Source of the DNA: Actinomycetes bacterium
GTDB taxonomy: Bacteria > Actinomycetota > CALGFH01
Assembly (NCBI GenBank): GCA_036000965.1
Contig: DASYUT010000078.1
Location: 8,837 to 72,836, forward strand
Reading direction: 5' to 3'
DNA: 64,000 nucleotides
Shown in pieces: positions 8,554-17,018 of this stretch. The position numbers were made by a program, and so were the translations under genes. Under the pieces are notes generated by a model. The model saw only the letters and a list, made by a program, of their open reading frames with translations, ran no database searches and was not told the origin of the DNA. Each line of letters begins with the position of its first letter. The first letter of the stretch is position 1.

Positions 8554-8868
8554 GACTTGGCGCCGAGGTCGAGCATCACGACGGTCCAGCTCCGTCGCAG
8601 CGAGCAAGCCGTCTTTGATGAGGTGGCAACCAAGCTCTTTGGCGCAGTCGGCATGGAGCAGGAGGACAAAACCACTGCCACGCCAATAGACAATGTTGTC
8701 CACGCAGAACAGCTCATGCTCTCCGGGTGGAGCTTTGTACTTCTTGCCATCAACCTCTTGAAGCTCCCCATAGCAGTAGAAACACTCTGTGGTGCTTTCG
8801 AATACCATCACCTTCAGGAAGTCGGCTGTATTTATCAACTCCGAGAGCGAGGCTTTCACAATTGCCAC
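8530..8868 (-). CDS. Hypothetical protein, 112 aa (GTG start)
   Basis: ORF track. GGAGGGG lies 9 nt upstream of GTG 8868. Confidence 0.5.
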   Translation of the reverse strand: MAIVKASLSELINTADFLKVMVFESTTECFYCYGELQEVDGKKYKAPPGEHELFCVDNIVYWRGSGFVLLLHADCAKELGCHLIKDGLLAATELDRRDARPRRQVVPKDGNG

Positions 8869-8909
8869 GTGCCGTCACCCCTCCTGTGGGTGGGATCGAG
8901 CCACCCGGT

Positions 8910-9119
8910 CTAGTTCTTTCCAACGCAGTGTGGGCATGCTAGGCCGGCAGCCGGGATATGCAGCGTGGCGTCAATTTCCGCCCAGCTCTGTGGTGGCCAG
9001 TGGCAGTCGCACTCATCCGGCTCAGTGTCTTCGTCGAACGGTTCACCGATATGGCCACAACCGCAGCACGGGTCGTCACGGCGAGGCATCTTGGTAAAGT
9101 CGATCCGGTACTCACTCAT
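8910..9119 (-). CDS. Cys-rich 69-aa protein (MSEYRIDFTK..CCGCGH..CDCH..CPHC)
   Basis: Start at ATG 9119 overlaps the upstream stop (ATGA). Multiple Cys/His pairs suggest metal binding. Confidence 0.45.
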   Translation of the reverse strand: MSEYRIDFTKMPRRDDPCCGCGHIGEPFDEDTEPDECDCHWPPQSWAEIDATLHIPAAGLACPHCVGKN

Positions 9120-9772
9120 CCGCCTGCCCTTTCTTTGGTGGTGTTCAATGGCCTTCCGTGGCAGTGCTTGTATTTGCGGCCTGAGCCACAAAGGCAAAGC
9201 ATATTGCGTCCGACTGGCACGACTTCATCGGCCGAGTCCCAAGCTAATTGACGATCCTCAGCCGAGCAGCGTGAACAGACGTGCCCATTAAGAAAGATCG
9301 TGCCGATGCCAAGCCCGCTTGGAGAAAGGAGTTCTGCGTCAGCACCGCAACGGTCGCATACATGATTCCAGCGGAAGGATTTTGCGGTTATGGTGTCTGC
9401 TATCTGTGGGAGACATGTGCGACACACGACAATGGGCGGGTCGCATTGCATGAACAGCGGGCGAGTGGTGTCGTAAACGTGCGCGCAGAGTGGCTCGATT
9501 CCAGCCGACTCGGCAGCTAAATACATGCGGGTAAAGGACCGACACTGGTGTTCGGCATTCTTATCATGCTGGGTGCCGTGCGCTTCATACGCCCAACGCA
9601 TAGCACCACTCGATACGGCATGCCGTAGAAGACTGCCCGTCCAATCCATGCGCTCAGAGTGGGCGGCTTTTGTCTGCTCGCTCAGCCGCTCATCGTTGGG
9701 ATCGACAAAATGCTCGGCCATCCACGCATCAACTTCGGCATCGGTAGGAAACCTTCGTGTACGTGTCGTCAT
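9116..9772 (-). CDS. Hypothetical protein with C-terminal SEC-C metal-binding motif
   Basis: C-terminal CLCGSGRKYKHCHG. ATGA overlap with the primase gene stop. Confidence 0.65.
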   Translation of the reverse strand: MTTRTRRFPTDAEVDAWMAEHFVDPNDERLSEQTKAAHSERMDWTGSLLRHAVSSGAMRWAYEAHGTQHDKNAEHQCRSFTRMYLAAESAGIEPLCAHVYDTTRPLFMQCDPPIVVCRTCLPQIADTITAKSFRWNHVCDRCGADAELLSPSGLGIGTIFLNGHVCSRCSAEDRQLAWDSADEVVPVGRNMLCLCGSGRKYKHCHGRPLNTTKERAGG

Positions 9773-11844
9773 GTGCGTTCTTTCCCTTCCTTTGGTGCTG
9801 GTCCTAGGACATACCGATCACGCCACACGTCTTGTCCGTTCTTATTCGGGAACGGTTGCGACTCAGCATGGATCTTTTGGGATGCCTCCAAGGCTTCAAT
9901 GGTTTTGAGAGCATCTTCGTACTTACCGCCAGCCGCAGTAGCAAGAGCGGACTTTGTAAACTCGCCAGAGTGCTCGTTCACAAGCTTCAAAATCGTGGAT
10001 GCAAGTACCGGCTTGAGTGTCGTCGTGCGCGAGACTTCCCAGGTAATATCTCCAACGTGCTCATTGAGCGTCATATCAAACGGGCCGATATCAAGGTTGA
10101 GCTTCCAGCTCAGTTCGCCCCAGTCTCGGCTGCCGATCTTGAGGACTAAATCAAAATGGCCATTTGCAACATCCTCCTCTGTGGGTGGAGTGTCATGCTT
10201 CACAAGGCACCAGCTACCGACGTGTTCTGTCATCCCGGCGCCGGTAAACCGCCGTAGGTTGAATCCGGAGCCCGTCTGGTTAAAGTGGTCATTGATAGCC
10301 AGCACGGCATTTGCTTCTGCGACTGGCGCATACAGGTCGGCCAAGCTTCCGCCCCGACCGACGAGATCGCTCGATTTCACGTTTCTGTCGGCATAAGCAT
10401 ACTGAGGATCAATGTGAACCAGACCAGGCGATTGCTCTAGGTCGTTTCGTAGTGTCTCCATAAATGGCTTGCTCGACTCGGAAACAACTTGGTAGTAAGA
10501 AAGGATCGGAAGGTCCTGTAACTCGGCAAGCGAAATCCCCATGCTGCGCGCGATGCGCACAAGCCGTCGCTTATCCGGTATGCGTCCGCCTTCACCAATA
10601 TGGCGAATAACCGGACGTGCTTTCTGGACTTTAAACTCACCAAAGATTGCAATGCCGGCCGCAACGGAAACATCCAAGAACGCCCCGATATAGGATTTCA
10701 GCGTCTTTTCTTCCCCGCCAATCCCTAGAAAGCTAGGGATCGGGCAGAATGCTTCCGCCAGCCACTCGAACTTGTCAGGCTCGGCCAGTAGCTCTCTGAC
10801 TGTCCATCCACGTAACCGAGGCGTAGTACCGTTGTCGCTGGTGTCTTTGGCATCGCTCGCTGTCTTTGGTGCCTCGTTGCAGTTGGCTTCCTCGCACGTC
10901 TGCTCGGGATGGGGATGCTTGCGGTTGGCTTCCTCGAACAGCCGCCGCAGCTCGCCCGGCCACCATGCCGGCCCTTTCTCAGCAATCCGGCCCATCGTCG
11001 GCGCGTGGCGTGTTTCGAGGAAGGTGCGTAACTGGCTGTCTGAGAATGCATGTTCTCGGGCGCGGTATGCAGCGTGTTGTGAGAGTTTGTGACGGTCGTA
11101 TGCATCTGGGTTCTTGGCGAACTTGCCATCATCCGCCTGCTCGATACCAGCCAGCCACGTTGGCAGTGGATCAGGTAGTGGCGCAGGGTCCGGTAGCTCA
11201 CTGGCGTCCTGGTGCTCACTGTCGTCGTGTGGCAGTTCTGGGTACGCCGTGAAGTCACTGGGCCGGTAGCGGCTCAATGGCCCTGTGAGGTCCGTGCGGA
11301 CTTCTACGGTGGGCTTGTTTGGGTACTTGTGGTTCGGAGTGCCAGGCACACGCAAGAGCTGTGTGAGGTCCCAACCGCTGACATCGGCACCAACCGCCCT
11401 GTGGAAGTAGGCGATGCGCTTGCTGAGCTGTTCGACCTCGTCGGCGTCTTGCGGTTCATCAAACAACCACAGGGTTTGGTACCGGCCCGGACTTGTTTCT
11501 AACGCGATCGATGGTTTGACCAACAACTTGTCAGGGTGGCACTCGTCAAGGTCCGCCCATGCTGCCGTGACTTTTTTGGCAACGTTCTCTTTCACACGCC
11601 GTTTCTCGCTGAGTAGCTGAGCGCAGTAGTACAAATTGAAGTCTTGCGCATACTCAGCAATATAGTCGAGCGCATCATCCAGCTCTGTGGGACGATACTC
11701 AAAGTACTTCTCGTGGAAGTCATCACCGCGCTTCCTGGCAATATACAGATAGTCCGATGCCACCGAGCCGAACAGGTTACGGAAAAACCGTTCCTGTTCG
11801 CGCCGAATGTCAAGACTCGAAGGGGCAGTTTCAGTCGTAACCAT
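9769..11844 (-). CDS. Replication protein: RepB'-like primase N-terminal domain plus RepA/AAA_25-like P-loop C-terminal domain
   Basis: N-terminal WADLDE...ALETSPGRYQTLWLF...LLRVPGTPNHKY resembles plasmid/phage RepB-type primases. C-terminal FLGIGGEEKTLKSYIGAFLDVSVAAG..RHIGEGG resembles AAA_25, but its Walker A is degenerate. Start at ATG 11844 after AGGAG. Confidence 0.65.
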   Translation of the reverse strand: MVTTETAPSSLDIRREQERFFRNLFGSVASDYLYIARKRGDDFHEKYFEYRPTELDDALDYIAEYAQDFNLYYCAQLLSEKRRVKENVAKKVTAAWADLDECHPDKLLVKPSIALETSPGRYQTLWLFDEPQDADEVEQLSKRIAYFHRAVGADVSGWDLTQLLRVPGTPNHKYPNKPTVEVRTDLTGPLSRYRPSDFTAYPELPHDDSEHQDASELPDPAPLPDPLPTWLAGIEQADDGKFAKNPDAYDRHKLSQHAAYRAREHAFSDSQLRTFLETRHAPTMGRIAEKGPAWWPGELRRLFEEANRKHPHPEQTCEEANCNEAPKTASDAKDTSDNGTTPRLRGWTVRELLAEPDKFEWLAEAFCPIPSFLGIGGEEKTLKSYIGAFLDVSVAAGIAIFGEFKVQKARPVIRHIGEGGRIPDKRRLVRIARSMGISLAELQDLPILSYYQVVSESSKPFMETLRNDLEQSPGLVHIDPQYAYADRNVKSSDLVGRGGSLADLYAPVAEANAVLAINDHFNQTGSGFNLRRFTGAGMTEHVGSWCLVKHDTPPTEEDVANGHFDLVLKIGSRDWGELSWKLNLDIGPFDMTLNEHVGDITWEVSRTTTLKPVLASTILKLVNEHSGEFTKSALATAAGGKYEDALKTIEALEASQKIHAESQPFPNKNGQDVWRDRYVLGPAPKEGKERT

Positions 11845-11978
11845 AGACGCTCCTACTCTCACCAACACGAACAACAACGCACAGAATCGAGAGAAAGTGT
11901 GTGTTCGTGTGTCGAGAGAGGAGCGTGAGCGTTTTTTGTACCGGGGCCAGTTCCCTTCAAAACCGGCCGCGCTGTTCA

Positions 11979-12350
11979 TTAGTTGAAGTACGTTACCGTC
12001 TCACGGAAGTCGGCGTACCATGCGAGCCGTTCGAAATTGGCTTCGCCACCTTTGGCGAAGAGGTACCAAGCGAGTGAGCAGTTGCACTCGTCTAAAAATG
12101 GGTCACCAGTCAGCCGCACAGACCAACAGCTCTCGGTTATGGCTTTCTTTGTGGCGAGCACGGCGATGACGCCCACGATCACCAAGAGTTCCTCACGGTC
12201 TGTTGCCGGGCGCCCGTAGAAGCGGTTCGCCACGGCAAGACCGTCGAGCGCGCCGATCCCGCGTCGGCACTCGTGCGAGATTGCAGCATGCAGTAATAAG
12301 AGTCTGTCCCACTCCTCCGCACTAAGCGGCCACCAGGTAGTTGCGGACAC
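11979..12350 (-). CDS. Hypothetical protein (~123 aa, GTG start)
   Basis: The track ORF 11979-12464 was shortened because its 5' part overlaps a better-supported small ORF in another frame. Start is uncertain. Confidence 0.4.
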   Translation of the reverse strand: MSATTWWPLSAEEWDRLLLLHAAISHECRRGIGALDGLAVANRFYGRPATDREELLVIVGVIAVLATKKAITESCWSVRLTGDPFLDECNCSLAWYLFAKGGEANFERLAWYADFRETVTYFN

Positions 12351-12352
12351 TG

Positions 12353-12523
12353 CTACGCTGTGTTTTTTCGCTGGTTGGCCAACCGGACTGCCCGCTCTCG
12401 GGCTAACCGAGCCGCGCGCCGCTTCCGTACCCGTTCGTCTCGCTCGGCCTTTGATTTGTCCCACCGTGCGATCATTTCGTCGTAACGGTTGAGTTCACTT
12501 CTGCCAAACTTTCCCTTTCCCAT
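12353..12523 (-). CDS. Basic 56-aa protein (MGKGKFGRSELNRYDEMIARWDKSKAERDERVRKRRAARLARERAVRLANQRKNTA)
   Basis: Read by hand; below the track cut-off. AAGGGG lies ~9 nt upstream of the ATG. Confidence 0.35.
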   Translation of the reverse strand: MGKGKFGRSELNRYDEMIARWDKSKAERDERVRKRRAARLARERAVRLANQRKNTA

Positions 12524-12667
12524 CGTTCACGTCCCCTTTCGTGTAGTGGCGCCGTTGGGATCTCAGCTTCCCGCGTACTACAGAGGCGCCGACGTGGTTC
12601 CCGCTTCCGCGTCGCTCAGAGGCGCCGTGTCCAACAAATTATCTCTCCGAGGGATGATACATATGCA

Positions 12668-12811
12668 TTACAGCCTGTTGATCTGCTCCATTTTTCCTAT
12701 CTTTTCTTCCACCCAATTTATGAAGTGCTCGATTTCTTTATATCCTTGACTATCGTAGGAATCAAGCATTTCTCTTAGATCAGATATTGTAATCTCTTCC
12801 ATCTCTCCCAT
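12668..12811 (-). CDS. 47-aa acidic peptide (MGEMEEITISDLREMLDSYDSQGYKEIEHFINWVEEKIGKMEQINRL), conspicuously AT-rich
   Basis: Read by hand. Preceded by AGAAAGGA and by a copy of the repeated leader motif. Confidence 0.3.
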   Translation of the reverse strand: MGEMEEITISDLREMLDSYDSQGYKEIEHFINWVEEKIGKMEQINRL

Positions 12812-12879
12812 TCCTTTCTGTTGGTGGCGCCGTTCGACTACGAGCTTCCGAAACGTTTCAGGCGCCGTGTCGTTCTAGT

Positions 12880-13188
12880 TCATTCCGAGAACGCTAGCAC
12901 TTCCTTGAGCGCTTCCTCCGCTAACTGAACTTGAGTGTTCGCTAACTGAACTTGAGTGTTGCAAAACTCCTTCAACTCTTCAAACGTCATTCGTAGCTCA
13001 TCCTTGCAGAACTCGTCAAAGGTGGCCCACTCGAACGTTCCTTCTGTCATCGGCAGACGATACCGACGCCATCGGTCGCCTTTGATAATTTCGATGAGAA
13101 GCTCCGAGAATCGTCCGGAACCGCCGTCGAGTCGCACAGCGTTGAAGAGCGATAGGACTTTTTCTCCGTTATCACGCTCGGTATCCAT
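12880..13188 (-). CDS. Hypothetical protein, 102 aa, containing an in-frame 21-bp tandem duplication (NTQVQLA x2)
   Basis: ORF track. GGGAGGGG RBS. Duplication at 12920-12961. Confidence 0.55.
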   Translation of the reverse strand: MDTERDNGEKVLSLFNAVRLDGGSGRFSELLIEIIKGDRWRRYRLPMTEGTFEWATFDEFCKDELRMTFEELKEFCNTQVQLANTQVQLAEEALKEVLAFSE

Positions 13189-13275
13189 TTCCCCTCCCTG
13201 TCGTTGGTGGGCGAGGGCTGCCGGTGGTTCGTCCGCCCCGGAGACTCCGACCGGCAGCCCATCGCCGTCCTGTCA

Positions 13276-13476
13276 TTACTTCGCCGTTGCTGACTTGGTT
13301 GTCTCAAGCCAGGCATCAACGTCACGCTTGCGGTAGCGGATTTGCATTCCGACACGCATGAAGGGTGGGCCGAAATTCTTTTCCCGCCATGAGTCAACTG
13401 TGCGTGGCGAGACTCGGAGATATTCCGCCAGATCCCACCGCCCCATTAGGCGGTCGTCGTCGTCGGACACAGCCAT
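13276..13476 (-). CDS. Excisionase/MerR-type helix-turn-helix protein (Xis or AlpA-like regulator), 66 aa
   Basis: ..WDLAEYLRVSPRTVDSWREKNFGPPFMRVGMQIRYRKRDVDAWLE.. fits the excisionase-family HTH pattern. Start at ATG 13476; the longer track ORF was rejected. Confidence 0.75.
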   Translation of the reverse strand: MAVSDDDDRLMGRWDLAEYLRVSPRTVDSWREKNFGPPFMRVGMQIRYRKRDVDAWLETTKSATAK

Positions 13477-13670
13477 TTCCACTATGGCCACTCCCTGTGG
13501 TCGGCCGAGCACACGGTCTCGGTGCCTTGCGGTCACCCCTAGTGTAGCGTACACTGATGCCAGATGCAAACCTTTGCAACTGCCCAGTTCGCCCGAACCC
13601 TTGACATCTATGCGATGGGGCGAAACGGACAAGCCGGCCATATGTTTTGATAATTAAATAGTGAGAGAAC

Positions 13671-13738
13671 TGTATGACTATATGACTGTATGACGAGCCC
13701 AGGGAATTAAATTAATTGCAGAATAGAAACCATATGAC
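13671..13738. promoter_or_regulatory. Operator-like repeats: TGTATGAC-TATATGAC-TGTATGAC in tandem (13671-13694), plus CATATGAC at 13731
   Basis: Seen directly in the AT-rich divergent region between the Xis-like gene and the DUF3631-like gene. Confidence 0.5.
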
Positions 13739-13756
13739 AGAAAAAATGGAAGGAAC

Positions 13757-14860
13757 ATGACAGACGATCACGGCAGGATCCTCCACCCTGTTTCGGATGT
13801 TTCGGATGTTTCGGGTGATGGAGGTCCACAGCTCTCCGCCGACGAGGTGGCGCAACTCCTCAAAGATATCCGTGATGTACTACAGCGGTTCATCGTCCTG
13901 AAAGATGAGCAGCTCGACACGCTGCCACTATGGGTCGCACATACCTATATCTTCCAAGAGTTCGACGTTACCCCGTACCTCGCTATTATGAGCCCTACGA
14001 AACGCTCCGGTAAAACCAACCTACTGACTATCCTTGAGAAAATCTGCTATCAGCCGTTTGTTGTTGTCCATATGAGCACTGCCGCGCTGTACCGCTCAAT
14101 TGACCAGCTACAGCCGACACTCCTGTTTGACGAACTGGACATGCAGAAAATGTCCAAGGTGTATCGCGGGATTTTGAACTCGGGCTACAAGCAAGGCGCT
14201 AACGTGGTGATGAGCCTAAATAGCAAGCCCACTCGGATTAGGACGTACTGCCCGAAGTCGTTTGCCTCCATCGGGCGAGCACTGTCAAGCACGCTAAGCG
14301 ACCGCTCCATCGAAATCCATATGCGCCGAAAGCTGCGCCATGAGACTGTAGAGGACTTCGGCATCCGTGAACTAGCGGTCGCAACCGGCGGGTTAGAGGA
14401 TCGTCTAGCGAACTTCGCAGCAGATTTTGTCTACCCCGAGACGAAGCCTAAGATGCCCGATACGCTGAACGACCGCGAGCGCGAACTGTGGCTACCGCTT
14501 TTCCATATCGCCACACTGGCCGGAGAGGGTTGGGAAACTCGTGCATGGAATGCTTGTGTGAAGCTGACAACGGAAGCGCGAACCGAAGAGGTAGATGATT
14601 CTGTGCTCCTGCTCGCCGACGTGAAAGCCGCCTTTGGAAAGAAGGACCGTTTATTCTCTGAGGACCTGGTTAAGCAAATGCTGAACCTGGAAGAGGCACA
14701 GTATGACGGACCTGCCACAGAGAGCAAAAAGGCACTAGCAACCGTTTTGGCACCCTTCCAAATACAACCTAAGGAAATTCGAATCGGCACAAAGACGAAG
14801 CGCGGCTACCGCCGGTCGGACTTCGCCGATGCCTTCCAGCGCTACCTAGAGGAGAAGTGA
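13757..14860 (+). CDS. DUF3631-like P-loop protein
   Basis: Walker A-like SPTKRSGKTN, LLFDELD (Walker B-like), and a C-terminal region typical of DUF3631 proteins of actinobacterial integrated elements (recall). GGAAGGA RBS. 9-bp x3 repeat GTTTCGGAT at 13789-13815 (VSDVSDVS). Confidence 0.7.
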   Translation: MTDDHGRILHPVSDVSDVSGDGGPQLSADEVAQLLKDIRDVLQRFIVLKDEQLDTLPLWVAHTYIFQEFDVTPYLAIMSPTKRSGKTNLLTILEKICYQPFVVVHMSTAALYRSIDQLQPTLLFDELDMQKMSKVYRGILNSGYKQGANVVMSLNSKPTRIRTYCPKSFASIGRALSSTLSDRSIEIHMRRKLRHETVEDFGIRELAVATGGLEDRLANFAADFVYPETKPKMPDTLNDRERELWLPLFHIATLAGEGWETRAWNACVKLTTEARTEEVDDSVLLLADVKAAFGKKDRLFSEDLVKQMLNLEEAQYDGPATESKKALATVLAPFQIQPKEIRIGTKTKRGYRRSDFADAFQRYLEEK

Positions 14861-14941
14861 CACAACCGAAACAACCGAAACACAGGGACGGGTGGGCGAG
14901 TGCTCACCCGTTCCTGTACCAACCACAGGAGGAGGCAGCCA

Positions 14942-15478
14942 ATGAGCGTTACGGATACTAGGACTGAAGGATATGACTCGGCTGCAATCCGTAACGGCCG
15001 CCAAACCCACAGGTCAGATGCCGTTACAGTTAGGCAGTCCGAAGCTAATACAACGGCACCGAAAGCCGTAACGTGCCAGAAGTGCAGGGCTACCATCCCA
15101 CCGGACAAGCCCGTTGTAATTGTTGACCGTCGCGGGCTTTCGTCTGGACTTCGGAACGGCCATCCGGTCTGTATCGACTGCGCGACCGCGAGCGCCTATC
15201 GCCTTCTCATTCCGTGGGCACGGACTCACCGCCCACGGACTGACTATGAGCATTACTGCCTACGGTGCCGCCGCGTTTTCTATGGGAGCGTCCATCGGCG
15301 CTACTGCTCGGACGAATGCGGCGAGTTAGAACGGCGAATGCGGCGAACTCCGAATCAGCCAAAGCCTGAACCTCGGCCGTGTGTTGGTTGCGGCGAGGGA
15401 TTTGTCCCGTCCCGTTCGGATGCCGTCTACTGCTCGAACGCATGCCGACAGCGTGCCTACCGGCAGCGCAAGGGGTAA
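14942..15478 (+). CDS. Zinc-ribbon protein with repeated C..C / YCS..C..R.YR.R motifs
   Basis: Start at ATG 14942 after GGAGGAGG. Contains CQKC, CIDC, CLRC..YCSDEC and CVGC..YCSNACRQRAYRQRKG. Confidence 0.55.
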   Translation: MSVTDTRTEGYDSAAIRNGRQTHRSDAVTVRQSEANTTAPKAVTCQKCRATIPPDKPVVIVDRRGLSSGLRNGHPVCIDCATASAYRLLIPWARTHRPRTDYEHYCLRCRRVFYGSVHRRYCSDECGELERRMRRTPNQPKPEPRPCVGCGEGFVPSRSDAVYCSNACRQRAYRQRKG

Positions 15479-15553
15479 CGGCACTACGCCAGCCAACCAC
15501 GGTGCGAGGTAGGATCACGGCCACCGATGGACACGAAGAGAGGATGACCACGA

Positions 15554-15952
15554 ATGTCAAAACCGGCCACCAACGCTGTTGTGGCGCTCGTAGCAATTGT
15601 GTTGATTGTGCTTGGGGTCAGAAGTGCAGCGAGCACACTGCATTGGTATGCGTGTACGCACAGTGGAGTTAGCGCCGTCCTGTTGTCGATCGACCATTTA
15701 GGCGCACCGCCATCGGTGGATGACTGCATCGCCTATAGACTCGCCAGTCCACCACCGACCACAGAAGACGTGCTGTGTGATGAGCCGGGCGAGTGTGGCA
15801 CGGAGCCAGATCCAACGGCGACGTGGCCGTACCCAACCAGCACTGGACCCGACTACGGGAAGGTGTCATGTGCGGAGGGTGGGTGCGACAGTTCCGGCCC
15901 GTGCCACGGTCAACCGCCAGCGTCACACTTCACCTGCACTGATGAGCCGTAA
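15554..15952 (+). CDS. Membrane-anchored/secreted Cys- and Pro-rich protein, 132 aa
   Basis: N-terminal hydrophobic helix AVVALVAIVLIVLGV, then a Cys-rich extracytoplasmic part. GAGAGGA RBS. Confidence 0.5.
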   Translation: MSKPATNAVVALVAIVLIVLGVRSAASTLHWYACTHSGVSAVLLSIDHLGAPPSVDDCIAYRLASPPPTTEDVLCDEPGECGTEPDPTATWPYPTSTGPDYGKVSCAEGGCDSSGPCHGQPPASHFTCTDEP

Positions 15953-15999
15953 AGGGTAACGGGAAGAAAGAATTGATGGAATTGCTGAGGATGCAGCGG

Positions 16000-16117
16000 T
16001 TGTCCGAATTCAAGAATTTAATTCGGACAAACGGTGCGACACCAGCCGATGACCGGATTGTCCCAAAAGACTGTTTCGAGGGTTAGTCAGGAGCGCCAGT
16101 TGGCGCTGCTGACTAAC
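16000..16117. repeat. Two long palindromes: TTGTCCGAATT-N9-AATTCGGACAA (16000-16030) and a 36-bp near-perfect palindrome GTTAGTCAGGAGCGCCA..TGGCGCTGCTGACTAAC (16082-16117)
   Basis: Seen directly, downstream of the 15554-15952 gene. Confidence 0.85.
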
Positions 16118-16924
16118 GGACAAGACGGACAACCCGGCCAGGAGACCCACCGCTCCGAGGCGGTGGGCTGAGCTGGGCGCTGACGCGCAGCTCGCGATGG
16201 TAGCTGTCCGATTTCGATACGTTTGGTCAGAAATGTCCGATAAGAATTCATCTCAGTGGACAAGGGACGCAATCGCGACACAGTTCTCAGTTTCGAGCCG
16301 TTTTGGCCGGTTTGACCAAGTTGGTGGGGTAACCTTCGACAGATCGGTCAGATCGGTCACTCGCACACCACCACGTCGCCGCGCCTCAGCGCGTGCCTCA
16401 AGCCCCTCGGCTTGGTCCTGATCGAGGTCTCGGCGCAGGGCGGCTTGGACCTGAAAGTGGCCGGGTCCCGGCCAAATCTTGGACGGTCATCCTCGACAGA
16501 CTGTTTCGGATTGGGCACTGGCAGCAGAGGTATATAAGGCTATAACTCACCGGCCGGCCGGTAAGTTATCACTTACTATATCATAACCCACCCTGGCGAC
16601 GAACATACGTTCGTTCGAAATCGAACACCTGAACCGGACCAGAAGCCAAAGCCCCAGGTCGCACCTGCAATGGTGGCCTTGCGCCAGCCCGCCTAGGGAC
16701 TGAGACCTCCGGAGCTACCTCCCTACCCCCGACCCCTCGACGGGGCTCCTAGACCCTAGCCGCGGCCGGCGCAACGGCATGGTTGAGATCGCGGGCTTGC
16801 CACTCATTGGCCGGTTTGTCCGGTTGGTCACCGATTGGTGACCACTCGGTCAACTCGGACAACCAGAGTTCGAGCTGCGCGTCGGCGTGCAGCTCGACGT
16901 TCGGATTTGGCCCTCGGGGCCATT

Positions 16925-17018
16925 TCCAAACACCAGTTCGGATTTAGGTCACGCGACCGAAATCCAAACACCAGTTCGGAAAATCTTCACGTGAAGACAA
17001 TTCGAACACCAGTTCGGA
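16925..17018. repeat. Iteron-like array: three copies of (T)(C/T)C(A/G)AACACCAGTTCGGA at exactly 38-bp spacing (16925, 16963, 17001), with the 12-bp palindrome CTTCACGTGAAG (16985-16996) between copies 2 and 3
   Basis: Seen directly. Confidence 0.9.
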
